DNA of 64,000 bases from Candidatus Onthousia faecavium (GCA_018711135.1 DVIS01000026.1:3172-67171), one strand, 5' to 3'. Positions 10,126-18,435 are shown, numbered from the stretch's first letter. The notes: generated by a model not told the origin, from the letters alone. Program-made: numbers and translations.

Positions 10126-10258
10126 ATATGCTAAAAGATTACAGTATCCTATTAATATTAAGAAAAAAGATATTGGAATGGCTAAACAATTAATTACACA
10201 GTATGGAGGAACTTATAACAAAAGGGACATTAATTGTAATATACCTCTAAAGTATTAG
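10118..10258 (+). pseudogene. cotJC: cotJC 5' segment (codons 1-31 authentic, then read-through into prophage DNA)
   Basis: MFKYAKRLQYPINIKKKDIGMAKQLITQYGG parallels the CotJC/Mn-catalase N-terminus (..KLQYP......LA..L..QYGG). Similarity ends at 10210 and a stop follows at 10256-10258. Confidence 0.85.
10202..10209. repeat. attL core (TATGGAGG)
   Basis: Identical 8-mer at 46291-46298. It encodes Y-G-G of cotJC in the same reading frame at both ends. Confidence 0.85.
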
Positions 10259-11669
10259 TGTTAGAGTCGAATTCTATCTTATTAATTAGTATATGAACTA
10301 TTTCATTTTTTTCTTTTAAAGATATATTTTCGTTATTTAGTATCTCATAAACTTTTTTGCCATTTTCTATAATTTCATGTTTTCTTGTTTCTGCTTTAGG
10401 TTTTTCAGTATTATTAAGTTCTTTTGTTAATCTTTCTTTTTCTTTTGCTAATATATCTTTATTTTCTTTATACTCTTCAAGAGTATCTATTCCATCACGA
10501 TAAGCTTCTTTTATTCTTTTTTCTTTGTCCTTAATCTGTTCTAATTGATGTTTAATAATAGAATATTTATCTGTTTCTTTCTTTTCTTTTTTATTTGGCA
10601 CTATGTGATTAATAGTTCCATTGTTAATGGTATCTTTTATAGTATTTATTACTAATTGATATATTTCTTCAATCGAAAGAGTAGAAGAGTTAGAACATTT
10701 ACCTTTGTTATATCCATTACAACGTAATTTTGTCTTGTTACAAGTTACCATAGTACATCCACACTCTTTACATCTTATTAATCCTTTAGTCCAATGTTTA
10801 GGGTTACTATCAATATGCTGCTTAGGTTTCTTCCATTTATTATTTTTTGTTAGTTTTGTTTGCGTCATATCCCATAGTTCATTTGAAATAATAGGAGTGT
10901 GTTTCCCATTTGTTATAATTGTATTAGGATCATCAAAATTATAAGCGTCTCTTCTCCCTGGTGTATATCTTAATTTTCCTATGTAAACAGGGTTATTAAG
11001 TATATAATATATTGTTCTATTTTCAAATTTATTTCCTCTTTTTGTCTTAATTCCCAATTTGTTAATATTCCTAGCAATTTCCATCATAGGTAGATTGTCT
11101 ATAGCATATTGCTCAAAAATTAGTTTAACAATTTCTGTTTCTTCACTATTAATAACAAGTTTGTTGTCTTCTACATTATATCCAAAAGAAGGATTAGTTT
11201 GTAATTCACCTTCTGAATGTTTTTCAAGTTGTCCTTTTTTTACCTCACTAGATAAGTTTAAAGAATAGTATTCTGCAAATGCTTCAAAAAATGCTTCTAA
11301 AATTACACTGATTTTATCATCTGGATCTAATGGCTCAGATATTGAAATAACATTAATACCATATTCTTTTTTTAATAACGATTTATATACTACAGAATCT
11401 TCTCTATTTCTAGAAAATCTATCAAATTTATGAACTAATATTACATCAAACTTTTTTGCTTTCGCTTGTTTTATCATTTCCATAAATGCAGGCCTTGTTT
11501 TAGCTTTTCTTCCAGATATACCCTCATCAGTAAAAATGTATTGAGGATCTATAAAAATATCATGCTCAGATGCATACTTTTTAATTGCTTTTAATTGTGC
11601 AGATAGAGAATAACCTTCACGAGCTTGTTCATCAGTTGACACTCTTCTGTAAACTGCGCCTATTTTCAT
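10230..11669 (-). CDS. large serine recombinase (phage integrase/excisionase catalytic subunit)
   Basis: 479 aa. N-terminal resolvase domain AVYRRVSTDEQAREGYSLSAQ with DRFSRN, a recombinase domain, the Cys cluster CKECGCTM...CNGYNKGKC and a C-terminal coiled coil; adjacent to attL. Confidence 0.93.
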   Translation of the reverse strand: MKIGAVYRRVSTDEQAREGYSLSAQLKAIKKYASEHDIFIDPQYIFTDEGISGRKAKTRPAFMEMIKQAKAKKFDVILVHKFDRFSRNREDSVVYKSLLKKEYGINVISISEPLDPDDKISVILEAFFEAFAEYYSLNLSSEVKKGQLEKHSEGELQTNPSFGYNVEDNKLVINSEETEIVKLIFEQYAIDNLPMMEIARNINKLGIKTKRGNKFENRTIYYILNNPVYIGKLRYTPGRRDAYNFDDPNTIITNGKHTPIISNELWDMTQTKLTKNNKWKKPKQHIDSNPKHWTKGLIRCKECGCTMVTCNKTKLRCNGYNKGKCSNSSTLSIEEIYQLVINTIKDTINNGTINHIVPNKKEKKETDKYSIIKHQLEQIKDKEKRIKEAYRDGIDTLEEYKENKDILAKEKERLTKELNNTEKPKAETRKHEIIENGKKVYEILNNENISLKEKNEIVHILINKIEFDSNTNTLEVYYN

Positions 11670-11770
11670 TGTAACACTTCCTTTTATTAATATTTTATGT
11701 TACAATAATATAGAAAAACTCCTATATCATTGTATATAGTTTTAGTTGGTAGCTAAGTAGTTTTTCATTT

Positions 11771-11800
11771 GATCTCGTGTTCCAGCACGAGGTCTTTTTT
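11771..11800 (+). terminator. + strand intrinsic terminator facing the host cotJ side
   Basis: 9-bp stem 11771-11779/11786-11794 with one U.G pair that is valid only in + sense, followed by TTTTTT 11795-11800. In - sense there is an A.C mismatch and no U-tract. Confidence 0.55.
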
Positions 11801-12137
11801 ATTTTTCATTTTTATCTATCAGTAAATTAAGTCTATAATTAATAGAACCTAATCCAAATAGTGGAATGCTAGCAAATGCACCACTTGTTAATGAAATAAT
11901 TAATAAATTAATATTAAATACCTCTTCTGTAGTGTCTAAAATAGAATCTCCATTAACTCTTTCAATTTTATATACATTTCCTAGTATAATACCTGAAAAT
12001 AATCCTAAAAGAATAACGCCAATAGCTGCGTACATATATATTTTAGGTGTTCTTTTTCTTCTACAATTAGGACATAAACTTGACAAGCCATTATTTTCAA
12101 ACTTAGTTTTACATTTGTCACACTCTATTTTTGCCAC
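11799..12137 (-). CDS. zinc-ribbon membrane protein (lysogeny-module accessory gene)
   Basis: 112 aa; CDKC...CPNC ribbon followed by two hydrophobic helices. Confidence 0.6.
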   Translation of the reverse strand: MAKIECDKCKTKFENNGLSSLCPNCRRKRTPKIYMYAAIGVILLGLFSGIILGNVYKIERVNGDSILDTTEEVFNINLLIISLTSGAFASIPLFGLGSINYRLNLLIDKNEK

Positions 12138-12201
12138 AATAACATCTCCTTTACTACAATATTATTTATTAAAAGTATCTATACTAGCATACTCTTAAGT
12201 T

Positions 12202-13188
12202 TTAATTTATTTCTATGCTATTAATAATTTCATTAATACTTTGATTAATATTATCTTGTTCACTTTTATTAATACCAATAGTGAAATTATATATGTTATC
12301 ATCATTAAAATTATATAATAAGTATGTATTTATATAATATTCCGAATTATTTATAGTAGAGTAATAAGATACTTTTTTGCATGAAATATTTGCAATATTA
12401 ATATCTTCTATATTTATCAATGTAAAGTCTTGACTTGAACTTTTTATTCCTTCTATAACGTCATTGTACACCTTTTCTGTTTCTATAACTGAAACTCCAG
12501 CAACTTTGGCATTAGCTTTATAATAACTAACATATAATAATTCGTTAGTTTCATAAATATTTGGGTAATGATAATTTCCATTTTCTGCTTCTTGTTGAAA
12601 CCAATTAGAGGGTACTTGGTATTTTATATTTTCTACAGTATATGTAGTCCACTTTTCTTTTTCATCTATGGTATTATCTTTATAATCTAATAAATCATCA
12701 ACATCCATAATTTTAACTTCATTGTTTTTGTCATAATAATTAATTGAGCTAATAACTTGATTATCTGATAAATTAATATCTTCGAGCCATTTTTTATAAG
12801 CTGAATATTGAATTTGTTCATCTTTATCATTATCTTCTATATTTAAAATATCTGCATGAGAATCATTATATGAAGAATTTTGGAAAGTGTATGAGGTTCC
12901 AACGAAATCATTTATTATTTTTTGTATTCTAATATCATCTTCCCTGTCAGTTATAGTAATGTATGTAGTACTAAGTAAATTAGAATACATTGTCTTATCA
13001 TATTTATATCCTAATTTTTCTAAGTATTCTATTATTTCTTTGTCTGTAAAATTTGAAGTATTTACTTTATTATTGGTGCTGCTATATAGCATAATACTAG
13101 TAGTAATTAGAGATGCTAATAGAATCATGCTCATAATAACAACTATAATAAATGTCTTCTTATTAATAACAATATTATTTTTTTTCAT
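12202..13188 (-). CDS. membrane-anchored extracytoplasmic protein (candidate superinfection-exclusion or surface protein)
   Basis: 328 aa; single N-terminal TM FIIVVIMSMILLASLITTSIMLY, N/D/Y-rich remainder, between the repressor and the recombinase. Confidence 0.6.
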   Translation of the reverse strand: MKKNNIVINKKTFIIVVIMSMILLASLITTSIMLYSSTNNKVNTSNFTDKEIIEYLEKLGYKYDKTMYSNLLSTTYITITDREDDIRIQKIINDFVGTSYTFQNSSYNDSHADILNIEDNDKDEQIQYSAYKKWLEDINLSDNQVISSINYYDKNNEVKIMDVDDLLDYKDNTIDEKEKWTTYTVENIKYQVPSNWFQQEAENGNYHYPNIYETNELLYVSYYKANAKVAGVSVIETEKVYNDVIEGIKSSSQDFTLINIEDINIANISCKKVSYYSTINNSEYYINTYLLYNFNDDNIYNFTIGINKSEQDNINQSINEIINSIEIN

Positions 13189-13196
13189 ATTTTCTC

Positions 13197-13850
13197 CTAA
13201 TCAATTTTAGTCCTTTTTTCACGAGCAATACCTACAATTTTTATAGGTAAATTAATAACATCTTCTTTAGAAAACATTCTTATATCATAAGCCATATTAT
13301 ATGCTTGTAATACTATACCTTGTTCATTAATCAACACTTTTTTAAAAGTCGATTCAGTACCATTTATCATGATAGCACAATCTTTGCCATTATAAAGTGC
13401 AGTATCATTAGTCTGTTCGAATATTACTATATCCTCGTCTTGATATTTAGGGAACATAGAATCACCACTTATTTTTAATCCATAAAATTTTTTTCCACCT
13501 TTGGTCCATTCTTTAGGAATATCAATATAATCAATTATATCGGGCTGGCTTTCAATTGGTATTCCAGCTTTTATTGAACCATAAACAGGTATTTTTACTA
13601 TGTTAGAGTTTATATCTATAACACTTGCATTATCGAATGAAAGAGGCGGAAAAAAATCATTAATGGATATATTAAAATAATCAGCTAGTTTAAATAAAAC
13701 AATATTATTTGACTCCAATTTTCCAGACTCGTATCTTGAAATGGTTTGTGATGTTGTTCCTAAATAATCAGCTAGTTCTTGTTGCGTTACATTCTTTCGT
13801 GTCCTATAATATTTAATTTTGTTACCAATATATTTTGAAATTTCCTCCAT
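13197..13850 (-). CDS. CI/LexA-like phage repressor (XRE HTH plus S24 peptidase domain)
   Basis: HTH RKNVTQQELADYLGTTSQTISRYESGK; C-terminal GDSMFPKYQDEDIVIFE and FKKV match the S24 Ser/Lys autocleavage fold. Confidence 0.9.
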   Translation of the reverse strand: MEEISKYIGNKIKYYRTRKNVTQQELADYLGTTSQTISRYESGKLESNNIVLFKLADYFNISINDFFPPLSFDNASVIDINSNIVKIPVYGSIKAGIPIESQPDIIDYIDIPKEWTKGGKKFYGLKISGDSMFPKYQDEDIVIFEQTNDTALYNGKDCAIMINGTESTFKKVLINEQGIVLQAYNMAYDIRMFSKEDVINLPIKIVGIAREKRTKID

Positions 13851-13885
13851 ATAATTTCTCCTTCTTTTTTATTATATCACGTATT

Positions 13886-13899
13886 TACGAAAATGGAAC
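13886..13899. promoter_or_regulatory. operator O1 (TACGAAAATGGAAC) overlapping the leftward repressor promoter
   Basis: One of three copies of TACGAAAATGGWAC. On the - strand an extended -10 TGATATAAT (plus-strand coordinates 13871-13879) lies downstream of it. Confidence 0.6.
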
Positions 13900-13927
13900 A
13901 AAAAGTTATATATTTTACAAAAAGGTA

Positions 13928-13956
13928 TTGACATTGTACGAAAATGGTACTAAACT
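13928..13956 (+). promoter_or_regulatory. rightward early promoter with embedded operator O2
   Basis: TTGACA 13928-13933, a 17-nt spacer containing TGTACGAAAATGGTAC (13935-13950), then TAAACT 13951-13956. Confidence 0.6.
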
Positions 13957-13990
13957 TAAACTATCATTAGAACAGAAAGGAGGTAATAAA

Positions 13991-14221
13991 ATGCAAACAA
14001 AGCTAATTTCTTTAATGAATGATCATAATTTAAAAAATAAAGATATAGCAAGGATATTGGCTATATCTGAAAAGCAAGTTGGTTTAAAAATTAGAGGGAA
14101 AGTGCCATTTAAAGATAGAGAAATGTTTTGTTTAAGCCATTTTTTTAATAAAACAGTAGATGATATTTTTTTAGATCCGATGTACGAAAATGGTACATTA
14201 TCAAATGAAAGAGAGAAATAG
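13991..14221 (+). CDS. Cro/antirepressor-like small HTH protein
   Basis: AAAGGAGG upstream of ATG 13991; NKDIARILAISEKQVGLKIRGK is HTH-like; divergent from the repressor. The track ORF start at 13835 is an upstream extension without an RBS. Confidence 0.7.
   Translation: MQTKLISLMNDHNLKNKDIARILAISEKQVGLKIRGKVPFKDREMFCLSHFFNKTVDDIFLDPMYENGTLSNEREK
14181..14197. promoter_or_regulatory. operator O3 (TGTACGAAAATGGTACA) inside the 3' end of the cro-like gene
   Basis: The 16-mer is identical to O2 and has palindromic ends TGTAC/GTACA. Confidence 0.5.
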
Positions 14222-14342
14222 ATATGGAAGAATTAAAAAAGTATTGATTAAAGATTTAACCGATAAGATAAAAATGCTAGATGGTAAAGATAAAGTTGAG
14301 CTATTAAAACTTATTCTTGAATATGAAAAAGAGAATAAATAG
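14205..14342 (+). CDS. hypothetical small protein (45 aa)
   Basis: ATG-initiated ORF MKERNRYGRIKKVLIKDL... ending just before the GGAGG of the next gene; below the track size cut-off. Confidence 0.3.
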   Translation: MKERNRYGRIKKVLIKDLTDKIKMLDGKDKVELLKLILEYEKENK

Positions 14343-14350
14343 GAGGTTAT

Positions 14351-14533
14351 ATGAGCATAGAAAGTGTGAAAGAAATAAAGGTAATTAAAACAACTGCTAT
14401 TATAGGCGAAGGGACAAAAGAAAATCCAGTAAGAGTAATAACTCAATACTGGGACTTAAAAGGAAAATTACTAGCTACTGTTGATGATTATGTATTAAGT
14501 AAGTCTTCAGCTTCATCAGATACAAGTTCATAA
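14351..14533 (+). CDS. hypothetical small phage protein
   Basis: AGGAGG 6 nt upstream; 60 aa. Confidence 0.5.
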   Translation: MSIESVKEIKVIKTTAIIGEGTKENPVRVITQYWDLKGKLLATVDDYVLSKSSASSDTSS

Positions 14534-15180
14534 GTTATATAACTCACAGTTGCTCTAATAAATCGTTTTAAATCATTTATATCTTTGTCATCAAACTTTT
14601 TAATATAATGTGTTTCATCATTTCCAAGCCATACAGAGACTTTAGCTAATGTTCGAATTTTTGATGTTTCATCTATATAAGTAATGATGACTTGACCTAA
14701 TAATGTAGATTTAATTTTTTCTTCATCATTAGGGTGCTTATAAATGCAAAAATCTTTAATCAGAAATTCAATGGCTTTCCGATAACCAATTCCAGATAGT
14801 TGATCTAATCCATATGTTTCTGATGCAACAGCTTGGTTATATATGTTACAAAATGTAGGAGATAAATTATGAATGCACTCTTCAAATATTGCTTCTTTAG
14901 GTTTAACTGGAAACGACTCCAATAATGTTAGAGAATAATAAGAGTGTTCTTTATAACTTTCAACTTTATATTTTTCATAATTATAATGAGTCAAAAAACT
15001 CTTACCACAAGCAGGACAAGTAAAGAGTATAGATACCAAATTAATATCTATGTTAGCTTTTTCAAATTCATTTATTGGGGAAATATTATTGTTGCATATA
15101 GGACATATTTTTGGACACTCACAAGCAATACGTAAATTAGAATTTCCTCTTAACATTAAATATTGTTTCAAATTTTTCAC
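14488..15180 (-). CDS. zinc-ribbon plus DUF4145-like domain protein, reverse-oriented moron
   Basis: 230 aa. N-terminal CECPKICPICNN...CPACGK; the C-terminal GIGYRKAIEFLIKDF...VWLGNDETHY...DLKRFI pattern matches my recollection of DUF4145. It is the only - strand gene inside the rightward early region. Confidence 0.65.
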   Translation of the reverse strand: MKNLKQYLMLRGNSNLRIACECPKICPICNNNISPINEFEKANIDINLVSILFTCPACGKSFLTHYNYEKYKVESYKEHSYYSLTLLESFPVKPKEAIFEECIHNLSPTFCNIYNQAVASETYGLDQLSGIGYRKAIEFLIKDFCIYKHPNDEEKIKSTLLGQVIITYIDETSKIRTLAKVSVWLGNDETHYIKKFDDKDINDLKRFIRATVSYITYELVSDEAEDLLNT

Positions 15181-15508
15181 CTCACTTTCAATTAATCTAT
15201 TGTAAATGAGGTAATATATAAAATCAATACTAAAGCTACCAACTAAAATATGATGAATAAAATAATATAGGAGGGGAACTTAATGAGTAAGTTAAAAATA
15301 AAAGTAATTAATCCGCCTCAAATAGAACATCAAAAAGAATTAATTAAGCTAGTTAAAGAACATATACAAGAAAATTATTATTAATTTAGAAAGGAAAGGA
15401 GATATGACACTAAATAAAAAAAGAAAGATTAAAGCTCCCCAGCCATTAATCTTCTGTTAAATGAATTAACATCTTTATTTTATCACAAAGTGTCATGAAT
15501 GTAAAATT

Positions 15509-15706
15509 ATGAAGAAGAGAATAGTTTTAAGAAATTGGGTAAGGGTTGCATTATTAGTAATATTAGTAATTATTACAGGAGCTATTATTGCTAAATTAGT
15601 GTGCAACTGTTCTAATAATTTTGACAAATATGCAGATATGTGTGATCAAGAAAAAGGTTCTATTTGTTCTTACTATGAGGTTAGAAATTATATGATAAAA
15701 AAATAA
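15509..15706 (+). CDS. small membrane protein
   Basis: 65 aa with one TM VALLVILVIITGAIIAKLV and a Cys-rich tail. Confidence 0.45.
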   Translation: MKKRIVLRNWVRVALLVILVIITGAIIAKLVCNCSNNFDKYADMCDQEKGSICSYYEVRNYMIKK

Positions 15707-15720
15707 ATTCAGGAGGGCTT

Positions 15721-16395
15721 ATGGTACAAAATAGTTTTGTTTTTTACGACAGTTTCAGGGATTCGGTTGAAGATATGGATGAAAAAGATAGATTAGCTTT
15801 CTATGAGGCAATTATTGATTATTCATTAGATGGCAAGATGCCTGATAGTTTATCTAAAGAATTAACAAGAATGTTTAAGTTGGTTAAACCTCAATTAGAT
15901 GCTAATACTAAGAGAAAAAAAGATGGAAAAAAAGGTGGTAGACCATCTAAAACCGATGAAGAAAGCCTATCTAATAACCATGAAGAAACTATAGTTTCAG
16001 AAAAAGAAAACTATGAAAAAACCACTGGTTTTGAAAATAAAAACCATAGGATAAAAAATAAAAAACCTAATGTAAATGTAAATGATAATGTAAATGTTAA
16101 TGTTAATGCTAATGTTAATGTATTAGAAATTGCTGAAAAAGAATTTGGAAGACCATTATCATCAGCAGAAATTGAATTTATTAATTCATGGGAATACAAT
16201 CCAGAAATTATAGAATTAGCTATTAAAGAAACAGTCCTGAATCAAGTATATAACGTCAAATATACTGATAAAATTCTTTATGAATGGGATAAGGCTAACC
16301 TTAGAGACATTAACTCAATTAAGAGATATTTGAAAAAGAGAAAAGAACAAAAGAATAATGATGAAGAGGAATATCATTACCGGAGGTTAGAATGA
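15721..16395 (+). CDS. phage replisome organiser (DnaD-like C-terminal domain)
   Basis: The C-terminus EFGRPLSSAEIEFINSW...YTDKILYEWDKANL resembles the DnaD domain; central NVNVNDNVNVNVNANVNV linker; precedes the helicase with an ATGA overlap. Confidence 0.7.
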   Translation: MVQNSFVFYDSFRDSVEDMDEKDRLAFYEAIIDYSLDGKMPDSLSKELTRMFKLVKPQLDANTKRKKDGKKGGRPSKTDEESLSNNHEETIVSEKENYEKTTGFENKNHRIKNKKPNVNVNDNVNVNVNANVNVLEIAEKEFGRPLSSAEIEFINSWEYNPEIIELAIKETVLNQVYNVKYTDKILYEWDKANLRDINSIKRYLKKRKEQKNNDEEEYHYRRLE

Positions 16396-17657
16396 CACTA
16401 GGGTTAGAAGAAGAATTAATAGGTTGTTTAATATTAAAACCAGAGAATATTGCTAAGCTAGTAATACCAGAAGAATGTTTCCAAAATAATGAGAACAAAT
16501 TTATTATCAAGTTACTAAAAATTCAGTATGACGATATTAGAAATGTAGATATTGTAGCAATACCAGAAAAATATAAACATCTATTTAATCAACGGTTTAA
16601 CCAAGATATTATAATAAAAAAAATAGTAACTATAATGACTAACTCTCTTGGACATAATTTTGATTACTATCAGGAATTGTTATTTGAAAGATATGTAAAT
16701 AGTTTAATTTTAGATGCAATAGATAAATTTAAAAATAATAATATTTCGCAAGAAGAGTTATTGCAGTACATCCACAAATATGAAGCTATGAACATTAAAA
16801 CTACTGCTAATAAATTAACGGGTGATGAGGTATTCAGGATAATTAATTCTAAGAACAAAAATATCAACTTTAGATTTGAAAAATTATCTAAATATGCAAA
16901 TATTCAAGAGCATGATCTTGTTGTGGTTGCAGCAAGACCAGGAATAGGTAAAACGGGTTTTATATTGAATTTACTTGAGGATTTATCTGATAGATACAAC
17001 TGTGTTTTGTTTAACATGGAAATGAGCGATAAACAAGTTTATCAACGTTTGGTTGCTATAAATACGAAAATACCAATAGGCTATTTTGATAAGCCTGCTA
17101 CTGATTACCAGAAAAAATTATTGGAAGATGGCAGTAAGAAAATTGCTAATAAAAATATTAAAGTTATTAGTAGAAGCCAAACCATTAGCACAATTAGAAA
17201 GCGAATAATAGAAGAAAGCAAACAAACTCATACTTTAGCATTTATAGACTATGTAGGTTTAATCGGTAGCAGTGAAAAGAATAAATCACTGTATGAGAAG
17301 ACAACAGCTATTGTTAAAGAATTAAGACAGATATCCTTAGACTATGACTGCACAATCTTCTTGGTAGCTCAAATAAATAGAAATTCTGAAAATACAAAAG
17401 ATAAAAGACCAAAGATAAGCGATCTTAAAGAAACTGGTGAACTTGAACAGTCTGCTACAACAGTACTAATGCTTCATAATGAAAATTATTACAAAGGCTT
17501 AGAAATGAAAATAGAAGAAATAGAGGTAATAATTGGAAAAAATAGAAATGGGCAGACAGGTATTTTAACTCTTGAATATAATCAAAAGAATCAAAGATTT
17601 GATCCTAAAGGTACTAATGAAAACTATAGTGAACCTAATAATTGGAGAAAGGAATAA
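16392..17657 (+). CDS. DnaB-family replicative helicase
   Basis: Walker A AARPGIGKTGFILNL, FNMEMS, IDYVGLI, FLVAQINR and KNRNGQTG are RecA-like DnaB C-terminal motifs. Confidence 0.9.
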   Translation: MTLGLEEELIGCLILKPENIAKLVIPEECFQNNENKFIIKLLKIQYDDIRNVDIVAIPEKYKHLFNQRFNQDIIIKKIVTIMTNSLGHNFDYYQELLFERYVNSLILDAIDKFKNNNISQEELLQYIHKYEAMNIKTTANKLTGDEVFRIINSKNKNINFRFEKLSKYANIQEHDLVVVAARPGIGKTGFILNLLEDLSDRYNCVLFNMEMSDKQVYQRLVAINTKIPIGYFDKPATDYQKKLLEDGSKKIANKNIKVISRSQTISTIRKRIIEESKQTHTLAFIDYVGLIGSSEKNKSLYEKTTAIVKELRQISLDYDCTIFLVAQINRNSENTKDKRPKISDLKETGELEQSATTVLMLHNENYYKGLEMKIEEIEVIIGKNRNGQTGILTLEYNQKNQRFDPKGTNENYSEPNNWRKE

Positions 17658-17659
17658 AA

Positions 17660-17926
17660 ATGGAGGAAGAATTAAAAGAATTAGAAAGACGGGTTAGTAG
17701 GTTAGAAAAAATAACGGGAAATACATATGATATTTATCTCTGTAATGACTCTTTAAAAATACCAATAGAATTATTTAAAATTTTATTTCCTAGCAATTCT
17801 TATTCAGTGGAAAATGTTGAGTTGCATAAAGAAATAGACAAATTAAGAAATGAGAAAAAGCAATTAGAGAGTTTAGTAACAAACTTGTTGCTTAAATCGG
17901 CTGAAGAGAAAGTAGAGGTTATATGA
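17660..17926 (+). CDS. hypothetical coiled-coil protein
   Basis: ATG 17660 after the helicase stop; 88 aa. Confidence 0.5.
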   Translation: MEEELKELERRVSRLEKITGNTYDIYLCNDSLKIPIELFKILFPSNSYSVENVELHKEIDKLRNEKKQLESLVTNLLLKSAEEKVEVI

Positions 17927-18435
17927 AATTATTGAGTAATAAAAAATACGAAGAACTAATGGAAGAGTTAGAAAGTCGTGATAGAAGAATATTTGACTTG
18001 AATAAGAGATTAGACAAAAAACAACAAGAACTATTAATAGAAAAAAAAGAGAAAGAAAAACTTAATGGAATGTATGAAACTTTAACAACCGAAAAAATAA
18101 AATTATTAAACAAAGTAAAACAGTTTAAAGATAATTTACGAAAAACTAATGGTTCAATTGGAGGATTAACAAAAGAAAATGCTAAATTAAAAAGCAGAAT
18201 AGAAGAGATTTCTGCAGACAGGGAAATGATTGTTGAAAGCAATAAAAAAATCAGTAAAATAAACAGAGTTTTATCAGAAGAAAAAGCTAAACTATCACAG
18301 GAATTGAGTCAAGTTAATGTAGAAAAAATTCAATTACAAAAATCATTAATTCAGCTTAATGAGAAGAATAAAATTCTATCAAGTAAGAAAAATCAAAAAG
18401 GATATTTAAGAAGAGAGGAAGGAAAGAAGAAATAA
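17923..18435 (+). CDS. hypothetical coiled-coil protein
   Basis: 170 aa, K/E/L-rich heptad-like sequence, ATGA overlap with the upstream gene. Confidence 0.55.
   Translation: MKLLSNKKYEELMEELESRDRRIFDLNKRLDKKQQELLIEKKEKEKLNGMYETLTTEKIKLLNKVKQFKDNLRKTNGSIGGLTKENAKLKSRIEEISADREMIVESNKKISKINRVLSEEKAKLSQELSQVNVEKIQLQKSLIQLNEKNKILSSKKNQKGYLRREEGKKK

Noticed and set aside
11691-11699. A SigK-type -10 (CATAAAATA on the - strand) upstream of the serine recombinase, as evidence for mother-cell-specific expression.
   Set aside because: No AC -35 element lies at the required 16-17 bp. CATAnnnTA is expected by chance many times in DNA this AT-rich, so it is not supportable from the sequence alone.
13835-13990. 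The upstream part of the track ORF 13835-14221, treated as coding.
   Set aside because: It spans the divergent promoter/operator region, and its repeated YENGT peptides are just the operator motif translated. A strong AAAGGAGG plus ATG at 13991 gives a normal Cro-sized HTH protein.
16068-16122. The AATGTW tandem repeats as a CRISPR array or non-coding satellite.
   Set aside because: The unit is only 6 nt with no spacers. The array is in frame inside a convincing ORF, encoding an (NV)n linker.
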